NCBI GenBank assembly: GCA_934486825.1
Contig: CAKSQF010000003.1
Location: forward strand, 25,771 to 89,770
Length of the DNA stretch: 64,000 nt
Reading direction: 5' to 3'
Source of the DNA: an uncultured Eubacteriales bacterium
GTDB lineage: Bacteria; Bacillota; Clostridia; Oscillospirales; CAG-272
Shown: positions 53,356-61,506 of the stretch, piece after piece
How the letters are laid out: each line of letters starts with the position of its first letter
Position numbering within the stretch: the first letter of the stretch is position 1
The notes under the pieces: generated by a model
Told to the model about the DNA's origin: nothing
Seen by the model: the letters and a program-made list of their open reading frames with translations, nothing else
Databases searched by the model: none
Position numbers and translations under genes: made by a program

Positions 53356-54190
53356 ATGTTTGTGCTTTTTTGCGCACGGCAATCGCTTTTCCGCCGGCAA
53401 GTCCCGCGATAATCAGAACTCCGAGCAGAAACAATCCGATGTGCCGTTCGTGATCTTCCGATATGTCGTCGGCGCCATCATGACCTTCGTCGGCTTCCTC
53501 CGTTTCTTCAAACGCCCGCAGCTCGCCGATCTGTCTGTGCATTGCCGCGGAAATCAGAATTGCGATTATTTTTTTGCAGAAACGGTAGCCTGCACCCCAG
53601 ACGGTCTGCAGATAGCGCGGGTTCTGCGGATCGTCCTCGATTTTTTCACGCAAACGGTTGATGTGGACGGCAACCGTAATGTTGTCGCCCATCGATTCCA
53701 ACCCCCGGATGTGCCTTGACCCTTGCGACGAGAACACTCGGCGAAAAAGGCTTTTCGATATAGTCGTCGGCACCGAAGCCGAAACCGCGGATTTCGTCGG
53801 TATCTTCACGCCGCGCAGTTACCATAATTATCGGAACGTCAGATATTGCACGCAGTTCGCGTCAGACAGCGAATCCGTCCTTGCCGGGGAGCATCAGATC
53901 AAGCAGAAATAAAGTCGTATCTGCCAGTCTTGGCTTCGTCAAGTCCGCTTTCGCCGTCTGTACACAGGCTGACGCTGAAGCCGCCGAGCTCCAGATAGTC
54001 CCGTTCGATTTCGGCTGCTGATCGGTCGGCTGCGGCTCTCAGTCGGTTGCCCATTTCGTTGAACGCTTCACAGACCGGACGGAATTCATCATTGCGGTCG
54101 TATCGGATCCTGCTGTCAAGCTCGCCTCTGCCGATCTTCGAGGCTCCGTTTTTACCGAAGGTATAACATATGATACCGTATGACAGTTAA
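53354..54190 (-). pseudogene. decayed, rearranged two-component-system remnant: HAMP fragment, receiver domain, truncated OmpR-type wHTH, unrelated TM tail
   Basis: On the minus strand I read four pieces. First is a HAMP-like segment, ASKIGRGELDSRIRYDRNDEFRPVCEAFNEMGNRL. It runs directly into the receiver YLELGGFSVSLCTDGESGLDEAKTGRYDFI, where there is a frameshift at about 53905. The receiver continues LLDLMLPGKDGFAV, then an in-frame TGA at 53862-53864, then [51 protein letters not shown]. About 60 aa are then missing. The last piece is [37 protein letters not shown]. Confidence 0.8.
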
Positions 54191-54197
54191 ACAAAAG

Positions 54198-55850
54198 TTA
54201 AATCCTGCCGTTATCCGATCCGATTTCGACGGTCCGCCCTCCGAGATTTTCGTAAATGCGGTGGGAGATCGAAAGAACCGTGCGTCCTTTACATGCGCGG
54301 CGGAGCGCCTCCAGTACCCGGGCTTCCGTTTCCGCATCAAGGTTTGCGGTTATCTCGTCAAGGAGAAGTATCGACGGGTTTGCCGCCGCGGCACGTGCAA
54401 TTGACAAAAGCTGCCATTCACCCTGCGAGAACATTCCGTCTGTGCATAAGGTGGCATAGCCGTCCGGGAGAGAGCGGATTGCGTCGTCGATTCCGGCAAG
54501 CTTTGCCGCTTTTTCCGCCATTTCCGCAGTTATCCGCGGATCTCCGAGCGTGATCTGCTCGGAGACGGTTCCGGGTACACGCGAAAAATGCTGTTCCACA
54601 CAGCCGATGCACGAGCGGCGCTCGCTGTCGGTGATCTCCGAAACATCAATTCCGCCGATGGTAATCCTGCCCGATTCCGGCTTATAAAGGCCGAGCAGCA
54701 GGCGGAATACCGTGCTTTTGCCTGCGCCCGTTCTGCCGACGAGCGTTACCTGCTCGCCTTCCTTTACCGTCATCGAAAAGTCGCAGAGTACCGGCTTTTC
54801 GCCGTACCCGAAGGTTACGTGCGACAGCAGAATGTCACCGCGTGCGGCGTTTTCACGCTCGGGCGGGAGAGTGCGCTCCGATCGGGCAAGAAAAGCGTCG
54901 ATCCGTCTGACACCCGCCATTGCCGACTGAATGGTCTGTATTTCCATGCCGAGACTTTCGATCGGCGTAAAAATGCGGGATATGTAGTTTATGACGGCGA
55001 CCGATGTTCCGACCGACATTCCGAAAAGAGTAAGCACGACACTGTTGCCGGAGGCGGAGAGCAGCATTACAATGCCGACCGTTACGGCATTCAGAATCAG
55101 TACGACCGGAGAATATATCGCGTCATAAAAATTGGTTTTTTCGACGGCTGCATAGCCTTCGCCTATACAGCGGTCGTAGCGGCGCTCCATGTAGTCCTCG
55201 GCTCCGAGCGCATGGATTGTGCGAATGTTGTGCAGTGTTTCCGGCACCTGCCCGGATACCGCGGCGACCGCACGGCGGTTGTCGAGCTGTGCGGCAAGCA
55301 TTTTCTTTTGCACATGCCGCGTAAAGACCGCAAAAAGCGGAAGTATGAGCAGCAGAATGAGCGCAAGTCCGGTGTTTTTTACCGCAATGACCGCCATAAT
55401 CGAAATGATGCGGCAGGCATCCGCAACCATGCTGATGATCCCCGAGGTGAAGAGAGCTTCCACCGTGTCCACATCGCCCGAAAAACGTGCGACGATCTCA
55501 CCGGGATTCTGCCCGACCAGTACCCCGGCGGGGAGACGGGTCAGCTTTTGTGACATTTCCGAACGCAGGGCGTGAGTCATTTTCTGCCCGAAGATAACAA
55601 GCAGTGTTTCCTGCGCCGAAGATATGATTCCTTCCGCCGCGAGGCTTCCGAAATAGAGAAGCACGGCGGAAAAGGTCGGTAAATCCCCGCCTGTCAGACG
55701 GTCGATAATATCGGCAAGCAGAAGCGGAGGGATAAGAGATGCGGCAACCGATGCCGCCACACACAGGAGGGTACCCCCGGTAAGAAACGGGTGCGACACT
55801 GCCGCAGTAATCAGTGCTGCGGATACGCCCTTTTTATTTCTGTTTTTCAT
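54198..55850 (-). CDS. ABC exporter, fused permease/ATPase, with a degenerate signature motif
   Basis: N-terminal 6-TM domain, Walker A GRTGAGKST, signature FSQGEWQ (degenerate), Walker B LLLDEITANLD. Confidence 0.88.
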   Translation of the reverse strand: MKNRNKKGVSAALITAAVSHPFLTGGTLLCVAASVAASLIPPLLLADIIDRLTGGDLPTFSAVLLYFGSLAAEGIISSAQETLLVIFGQKMTHALRSEMSQKLTRLPAGVLVGQNPGEIVARFSGDVDTVEALFTSGIISMVADACRIISIMAVIAVKNTGLALILLLILPLFAVFTRHVQKKMLAAQLDNRRAVAAVSGQVPETLHNIRTIHALGAEDYMERRYDRCIGEGYAAVEKTNFYDAIYSPVVLILNAVTVGIVMLLSASGNSVVLTLFGMSVGTSVAVINYISRIFTPIESLGMEIQTIQSAMAGVRRIDAFLARSERTLPPERENAARGDILLSHVTFGYGEKPVLCDFSMTVKEGEQVTLVGRTGAGKSTVFRLLLGLYKPESGRITIGGIDVSEITDSERRSCIGCVEQHFSRVPGTVSEQITLGDPRITAEMAEKAAKLAGIDDAIRSLPDGYATLCTDGMFSQGEWQLLSIARAAAANPSILLLDEITANLDAETEARVLEALRRACKGRTVLSISHRIYENLGGRTVEIGSDNGRI

Positions 55851-57579
55851 TATGACCTCCTGTCTGACTTTCATAAAGATGACGGTAAGACGGAACGCTT
55901 TTCATAAGCTCTTCGTGTGTGCCGACCGATGTTTTTCCGTCCTCCATGTAAATTATCCTGCGCATCTGCGGAAAATGGTAGAGCCGGTGCGAGATCAGGA
56001 AAACGACCTTGTCCTTTGCATATCCGCAAAGACTTGCAAATATGCTGTCCTCGGTTTTACGGTCGAGAGCCGAGAACGGATCGTCAAGAATCAGGATCGG
56101 ACGCGGATGCGCAAGCGTTCTTGCAAGCGCAAGCCGCTGTGCCTGCCCGCCCGACAGCCGCATGCCGCTGCTGCCGATCACGGTGTCAATTCCGTTTTCC
56201 ATAGCCGATACCTCGTCATCAAGCGCGGTGGCGGCAAGATAGGGCATTACGTCCCGCTCACTGCCGCAAAGGACATTGTTTTGCAGGGTGTCGGCGCAAA
56301 GTTCGGGATCGTGTCCGAGATATCCGACGGTCGCGGCAATCTCTCTCGCCGTGAGATCCGAAAGCTCCTTTTTGCCGAATTTTATCGAACCGCCGTAGGG
56401 CGCCTCGCATAAAAACGCACGTCCGAGAGTGGATTTGCCGCAGGCGACCGGACCCGTAACTCCGATGATGTCACCCGGACGGGCGGTCAGCGAAAGACCC
56501 GAAAATATCGGTTCCCCACCGTAGGTAAACGAAAGATTGTCGATGACAACGTCGTCGGACGGTGGTATTTCGAGCATCTTTGTCGGCTCGGGCGACTTCA
56601 TCAGCGGTCTGATCCTTTTCCATGAGACCTCGGCTTTTTGTACCGAGTTGAACAGCTTCGCAACCTTTGAGGATTTGACCGTCAGCTTGGTAAAGCATGA
56701 AATGAAGGTCGTGAACGCCGCTATGTCCCATGCGCTCCGGCCCGTGCCGATTACGTTTTTTGCACCGAACCACAGGATGAACAGTGTTCCCGCACCCGAC
56801 AGTGCAAGATAGAGCGGAGGAAGCGCCGATTGGCGGACACTGTTTTGCACAGCGGCGCTTTCGTAGTCGTCAAGCGCTTCTTCATAGCGTTTTGCTCTTG
56901 TTTCTTCACAGCCGTATATGCGGTAGGTCACGGCGTTTTCCGCACGGTCCAGCGTTGCTCCGCTGAGCGCACCCGCCGCCTTTTTGTATGCCGCACCCGC
57001 ACGCTGTACCGGCTTTTTCATGCGCGCCGCGCAGAGGTATGATATCGGCGTGAATATCAGACTGAGCAGTGCCAGCCGCCAGTCGTAAACGAAAAGCATA
57101 ACGGTATAGCCGAGCAGTGCGATTCCGGTGTCAAAAACCTCGGTTGTGAATTTTCTCATTCCTTCAACGCAGTCGTCAACATCGGATATCGCTTTTGTCA
57201 TAAGCTCTCCCGCGCCCTCCTTCTCAAGCATGGTACGGCTTGAATGTATCAGATTTGCGTAAAGGATGCCCTTCATGCGGCGGTTTATGTTGTTCGCAAA
57301 CCGACGGACGTAAAAACGTTTGACAAACCGCGCCGCCTGTACGGCGACTACGACGATAATATACAGCGTAACCAGTGCCGCCATTGACGCGGCGGTCTTC
57401 CGTTTGCCGAGAATGTCCGCAAGGCAGTTTGCAAGCTGACCCTCGAACCATGGAGACGCGAGAAGTCCGATGTTGTATATCAGACCGGAAACCGTGACAA
57501 ATGCAAGCGATAGCCATTCGGCGGCAAAATAGGACATTACTTTGTCCGGAGCGAAGGCTTTTTTGCTTTTTTCAGTCAT
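55834..57579 (-). CDS. ABC exporter, fused permease/ATPase, heterodimer partner
   Basis: 6-TM domain, Walker A GPVACGKST, signature LSGGQAQR, Walker B LILDDPFSALD. It overlaps the downstream partner by 17 nt. Confidence 0.88.
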   Translation of the reverse strand: MTEKSKKAFAPDKVMSYFAAEWLSLAFVTVSGLIYNIGLLASPWFEGQLANCLADILGKRKTAASMAALVTLYIIVVVAVQAARFVKRFYVRRFANNINRRMKGILYANLIHSSRTMLEKEGAGELMTKAISDVDDCVEGMRKFTTEVFDTGIALLGYTVMLFVYDWRLALLSLIFTPISYLCAARMKKPVQRAGAAYKKAAGALSGATLDRAENAVTYRIYGCEETRAKRYEEALDDYESAAVQNSVRQSALPPLYLALSGAGTLFILWFGAKNVIGTGRSAWDIAAFTTFISCFTKLTVKSSKVAKLFNSVQKAEVSWKRIRPLMKSPEPTKMLEIPPSDDVVIDNLSFTYGGEPIFSGLSLTARPGDIIGVTGPVACGKSTLGRAFLCEAPYGGSIKFGKKELSDLTAREIAATVGYLGHDPELCADTLQNNVLCGSERDVMPYLAATALDDEVSAMENGIDTVIGSSGMRLSGGQAQRLALARTLAHPRPILILDDPFSALDRKTEDSIFASLCGYAKDKVVFLISHRLYHFPQMRRIIYMEDGKTSVGTHEELMKSVPSYRHLYESQTGGHNEKQK

Positions 57580-58042
57580 CTTCCGCTTCCTTCGTTTTCA
57601 TGATAAGGTGAGGGAATCCGGTACGGCTTTCGGTCTTTGAAGCCGCATACAGTCTGTCAAGAAGTCGGGCAAATATTGCCGCTTCTTCCCGCGTAAGCGT
57701 ACCTGTCAGATATTCGTAAAAAGAGGCTTCGATTTCGGCTTTGGATGATTTCAGCTTTGTCGCCCGTTCTGTGGGGAAGATAAGCTGACTGCGCCTGTCG
57801 TCGGGGGCATCCTTCCGTACAAGAAAGCCCTTTGCCTCAAGATTCTTGGTTCTCCTCGCAATTGCCGCCTTGTCCGCATGCAGAATTTCGGCAAGCTTTG
57901 CCTGCGTGCAGCCCGGATTGTGGCGCAGAGCGTGGATCAGGTCGATCTCCGCCGTGCCGACTCCGTCCTCGCGCAGAGAGCAGAGTACCAGCTTTTCCGC
58001 TTCCCGCGCGATCTTTGTGATTTTCCGTTCGGTAATATCCAT
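57572..58042 (-). CDS. MarR-family transcriptional regulator
   Basis: wHTH: GCTQAKLAEILHADKAAIARRTKNLEAKGFLVRKDAPDDRRSQLIFPT. ATG 58042 follows GGAGG. The stop overlaps the ABC start. Confidence 0.88.
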   Translation of the reverse strand: MDITERKITKIAREAEKLVLCSLREDGVGTAEIDLIHALRHNPGCTQAKLAEILHADKAAIARRTKNLEAKGFLVRKDAPDDRRSQLIFPTERATKLKSSKAEIEASFYEYLTGTLTREEAAIFARLLDRLYAASKTESRTGFPHLIMKTKEAEDD

Positions 58043-58060
58043 AATTCCTCCGAAAAAAAT

Positions 58061-58094
58061 AATGATGTATATACATCGTTGTATATACATCATT
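58061..58094. promoter_or_regulatory. perfect 15-bp inverted repeat; candidate MarR operator overlapping the -10
   Basis: AATGATGTATATACA-TCGT-TGTATATACATCATT. The minus-strand TATAAT at 58092-58097 overlaps one arm. The repeat lies 19 nt upstream of the marR start. Confidence 0.55.
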
Positions 58095-58146
58095 ATAGCA
58101 CGCCCGGAAAAAAAGTCAATAGCAAAGTCGGATTTTTCCGGACACA

Positions 58147-58971
58147 TTATTGAAGGAGCGGTCGGCTCCTGAAATGTGATTGCAGTGTGTACCCGCCTCT
58201 GTATCCGATCTCTTTTGCAATGAGAAAGAGCGCGATCAGACAGTGACCCGGGCATGAATGAAAAACGACTCTTTTCCGATTGTTGACGGTAAGCTCTTCC
58301 CTGTATATTACACGCAGAAGCGTCAGATCTGCGAGTACACCGTCGATCCGGCTTTCGTCGATGGCGCAGTCTTTTGCAAGAATTGCACCTTCAAAAATGT
58401 AATTTTCGGGCTTGCGGTAAAGTCCGATAATCGCACTCATTGTGTCCGGGTGGGACAGCGCCGTGAAAATGTCACGGAGATACTGCCTGTTGTCAAGAAA
58501 ATATCCGAATCCGCCCTCCGGCTCCTCGAATACGGCAAAAAAGGGCTCACGACCGTTTGAGACCATTGTAAACCCGCCGTCCTGCAAAATGTATGAGGAA
58601 CGGTACAGGTTTTCGATCTCGTGCGGGTCGTATCCTTTGTCGGTCTCCGTGCGGCAGTCGAACAGACCGCGCTCTGCCTGCCAGCACAGATCGCGCACCG
58701 CACGGAATCTGCCGCAAGGCTCGGTCCCGCGGATAAGCGTTATGATTCTGCGCGAAATATCCGACATTGATACCGATTCGTTGCAAAACAGCTCGTCAAG
58801 CGACAGACCGAGCTCGTTTGCGAGCGGGACAAGAAGCGCTCCGTCCGGATAGGTTTCGCTTGTCTCCCATTTCGATACCGCCTGTACCGAAACGCCGAGC
58901 TTTGCGGCAAGCTGTCCCTGTGTCAGATTTTTTTCAAGGCGGTATTTTTTGATATTTTCGGATAAACCCAT
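58147..58971 (-). CDS. XRE-family HTH regulator with a roughly 200-aa C-terminal domain (paralogue B)
   Basis: NLTQGQLAAKLGVSVQAVSKWETSETYPDGALLVPLANELGLSLDELF. The C-terminal segment IFTALSHPDTMSAIIGLY is ArsR/wHTH-like. Confidence 0.8.
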   Translation of the reverse strand: MGLSENIKKYRLEKNLTQGQLAAKLGVSVQAVSKWETSETYPDGALLVPLANELGLSLDELFCNESVSMSDISRRIITLIRGTEPCGRFRAVRDLCWQAERGLFDCRTETDKGYDPHEIENLYRSSYILQDGGFTMVSNGREPFFAVFEEPEGGFGYFLDNRQYLRDIFTALSHPDTMSAIIGLYRKPENYIFEGAILAKDCAIDESRIDGVLADLTLLRVIYREELTVNNRKRVVFHSCPGHCLIALFLIAKEIGYRGGYTLQSHFRSRPLLQ

Positions 58972-58972
58972 T

Positions 58973-59836
58973 TTATTTTCCTCCGATCATTCTGCATCCG
59001 CAATTGCAGTTGTAAGAATAGAGCCGACTGCCGCACATTCTTTCGAAGGCAAGCGAGATTACCGAGAGTATGATGCCGTCTCCCGAACATTCGTATATGC
59101 GGGTGTCTCCCTCGGAAAGATGTGCGGTAAAGCTTCTGCAATCTCCGATGTCGCAGAACTCATTCAGAATCCCGGTGACGCGCTCTTCGGACAGACCGGT
59201 GCCGCCTGATACGTAATCGGCGGTAAAACTGTCCGAACATCCGACCGAATGAATGAAATAAATGACCGTAAGCGAGTCGGGATCCGACAGGAAGCGGAAG
59301 AAACGGGCGATCCGTTTTTGCTTTTCCGGTTCACCGAGCCATGAAAAGCCGTGCCTGTTCGGAAGCAATGTGACCGAAAGATTTATGTCCTCCGAGCTTG
59401 CGGTGAATTTGAAAAGATCGTTTGCCGATATGACCGAACGGTAGTGATGTGCCGTTTCCGACGGAAAACAGTCCTCACAGTCGTCAGATGTGTCGGGTGT
59501 GCGGGCAAATTTGCCGTAGATTGCCGGGATGATCGCACGCTCGGCTTCAAATGCTTTAAGAATTGATTTTCTGCGGTCAAGCCCGTCGAACAGCGAGGCG
59601 ACGCTTTCGCTTGTGTCGTCGCTTTTTCCGTCCGAAAGACCGAGCAGGGTATCGGTCGTGACGCCGAAATATCCGGACAGCTTGACAAGCGTCGGCAGAT
59701 CGGGCGTTGATGCTCCCGTTTCCCATTTGGAGACTGTTTTGCCCGAAAGCGACAGATATTTCGCAACCTCATCCTGCGTTGCGCCTTTTGCCCGACGCAG
59801 GGCGATCAGCTTTTCCGCAAAGCCCTGTTCATTCAT
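58973..59836 (-). CDS. XRE-family HTH regulator with a roughly 200-aa C-terminal domain (paralogue A)
   Basis: KGATQDEVAKYLSLSGKTVSKWETGASTPDLPTLVKLSGYFGVTTDTLLG. The C-terminal segment is FFRFLSDPDSLTVIYFIH, and the tail is Cys-rich (YSYNCNCGCR). Confidence 0.8.
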   Translation of the reverse strand: MNEQGFAEKLIALRRAKGATQDEVAKYLSLSGKTVSKWETGASTPDLPTLVKLSGYFGVTTDTLLGLSDGKSDDTSESVASLFDGLDRRKSILKAFEAERAIIPAIYGKFARTPDTSDDCEDCFPSETAHHYRSVISANDLFKFTASSEDINLSVTLLPNRHGFSWLGEPEKQKRIARFFRFLSDPDSLTVIYFIHSVGCSDSFTADYVSGGTGLSEERVTGILNEFCDIGDCRSFTAHLSEGDTRIYECSGDGIILSVISLAFERMCGSRLYSYNCNCGCRMIGGK

Positions 59837-60007
59837 AATATTTACCTCTCAAAACTCAAAAAATCAAGCTCCGGAGCCTGTGACTTTATTATACATTAAA
59901 CCGAGGGCAGAGTCAATGTAGCATAATTTGACAAATTCCCGCTTTCGGAGAGCGGCGAAGCGTTTTTTCAAACAAAGGCGGAAAAGACGACGTCCGTGCG
60001 CAGATAT

Positions 60008-60059
60008 GCCCACAGTGCACGCCCACAGTGCATGCCCACAGTGCACGCCCATAGTGCGG
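60008..60059 (+). repeat. 13-bp tandem repeat x4 in a divergent intergenic region
   Basis: GCCCACAGTGCAC / GCCCACAGTGCAT / GCCCACAGTGCAC / GCCCATAGTGCGG, head to tail. Confidence 0.9.
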
Positions 60060-60122
60060 GCAAACAGTCGAAAAAAATAAAAAAGCAGAATGTGTCGTCG
60101 TATTTCTGTATATCTTGCGCTA

Positions 60123-60151
60123 TTGACAAAAACCGATTTTCATAGTATTAT
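60123..60151 (+). promoter_or_regulatory. sigma-A-type promoter of the glycan-biosynthesis genes
   Basis: TTGACA (60123-60128), a 17-nt spacer, then TATTAT (60146-60151). Confidence 0.5.
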
Positions 60152-60303
60152 ATCTCTTGTAAACTTTTGTCACTCTGACGTCGGACAACCGGATTTCTGC
60201 ATTTTGAGTAAAACAAAGAGCCTTTGCGCCGGACGGCGGGCTTTCGCGGATATGCGGAGATTTCCGACGTTTTTGAATTTGCGGTAATGAATGAGGTTTT
60301 ATT

Positions 60304-61506
60304 TTGAAAATTTCGTTTTCGCCTCCGGATATATCCGGGCTTGAAATAGATGAGGTTGCCGAAACGCTCCGCTCCGGCTGGATAACCACCGGACCGAGAA
60401 CAAAGCGGTTTGAAAAGGAAATAGCCGAAATGATCGGCACCGAAAGGTGCGTCTGCCTGAATTCGCAGACCGCCTGTGCCGAGATGGCGTTGCGTCTGCT
60501 CGGAATAGGCGAGGGCGACGAGGTCATTGTGCCGGCTTATACATATACGGCGTCCGCGTCTGTGATCGATCATGTCGGGGCGAAGATCGTTATGATCGAT
60601 TCGCAGAAAAACAGTCTTGAAATGGATTACGATGCCGCGGAGGATGCCGTTACCGAAAGGACAAAGGCGATAATCCCCGTCGATCTCGGCGGAGTACCAT
60701 GCGATTATGACCGCATTTTTGATATCGTCGGGCGAAAAAGGAATCTGTTCAGACCGTCAAACGATATACAGAAAGCAATCGGAAGGATTGCGGTCTGCGC
60801 CGATACGGCGCATGCCTTCGGTGCAAACCGGCATGGCAGAGCGGTCGGAAGCATTGCCGACTTCTCAAGCTTCAGCTTTCATGCAGTCAAGAATCTTACC
60901 ACGGCAGAGGGCGGAGCGCTGACATGGCGCAGTATTCCCGGTATCGATAACAGCGATATTTACCGCAGACTCCAGCTTTTAAGTCTTCACGGACAGTCAA
61001 AGGACGCTCTTGCGAAAACAACACCGGGAGCATGGGAATATGATATAATCGGCACATGGTACAAGTGCAATATGACCGATGTGGCTGCCGCGATCGGACT
61101 CAGACAGCTCGAACGCTATCCAGCAATGCTCGCGCGAAGAAAAGAGATCATCGGCAGATATGACGACGCCTTCAGACCGCTCGGCATAGAGACGCTCGAT
61201 CATTACGGCGCAGATCACGAATCGTCGGGACATCTTTACGTTACGCGCGTTCCGGGTATCACACCCGATATGCGGAACGGGATAATTGTTGAAATGGCAG
61301 AGCGGGATATCGCCTGCAACGTACACTATAAACCCCTGCCGATGCATACGGCGTATAAGAAGCTCGGATTTGATATCGGGGATTATCCGAATGCCTATGC
61401 ACATTTTGCAAACGAAATCACTCTGCCGCTTCACACCTGTCTGACAGACGAAATGGTGGATTATGTTATCGGAAATTACACCGACATTGTCAAGAGGTAT
61501 CTCTGA
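60304..61506 (+). CDS. DegT/DnrJ/EryC1/StrS-family sugar aminotransferase
   Basis: ISFSPPDISGLEIDEVAETLRSGWITTGP, and SFHAVKNLTTAEGGAL with the PLP lysine. The TTG start lies 7 nt after GAGG. Confidence 0.85.
   Translation: MKISFSPPDISGLEIDEVAETLRSGWITTGPRTKRFEKEIAEMIGTERCVCLNSQTACAEMALRLLGIGEGDEVIVPAYTYTASASVIDHVGAKIVMIDSQKNSLEMDYDAAEDAVTERTKAIIPVDLGGVPCDYDRIFDIVGRKRNLFRPSNDIQKAIGRIAVCADTAHAFGANRHGRAVGSIADFSSFSFHAVKNLTTAEGGALTWRSIPGIDNSDIYRRLQLLSLHGQSKDALAKTTPGAWEYDIIGTWYKCNMTDVAAAIGLRQLERYPAMLARRKEIIGRYDDAFRPLGIETLDHYGADHESSGHLYVTRVPGITPDMRNGIIVEMAERDIACNVHYKPLPMHTAYKKLGFDIGDYPNAYAHFANEITLPLHTCLTDEMVDYVIGNYTDIVKRYL

Noticed and set aside
53354-53809. A 151-aa ORF is called as an intact gene.
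   Set aside because: Only its middle ([34 protein letters not shown]) is homologous to anything, namely the OmpR wing. The start is arbitrary and the tail is unrelated, so it is part of the decayed two-component remnant.
54588-55553. A 321-aa plus-strand ORF lies inside the ABC exporter gene.
   Set aside because: It is antisense to a gene with intact Walker A/B and TM domains, and it has no RBS or family signal.
60008-60059. The 13-bp tandem repeat could be a CRISPR array.
   Set aside because: The units are contiguous with no spacers and far shorter than CRISPR repeats, and there are no cas genes in the window. The same reasoning applies to the repeats at 45454-45489 and 20523-20550.
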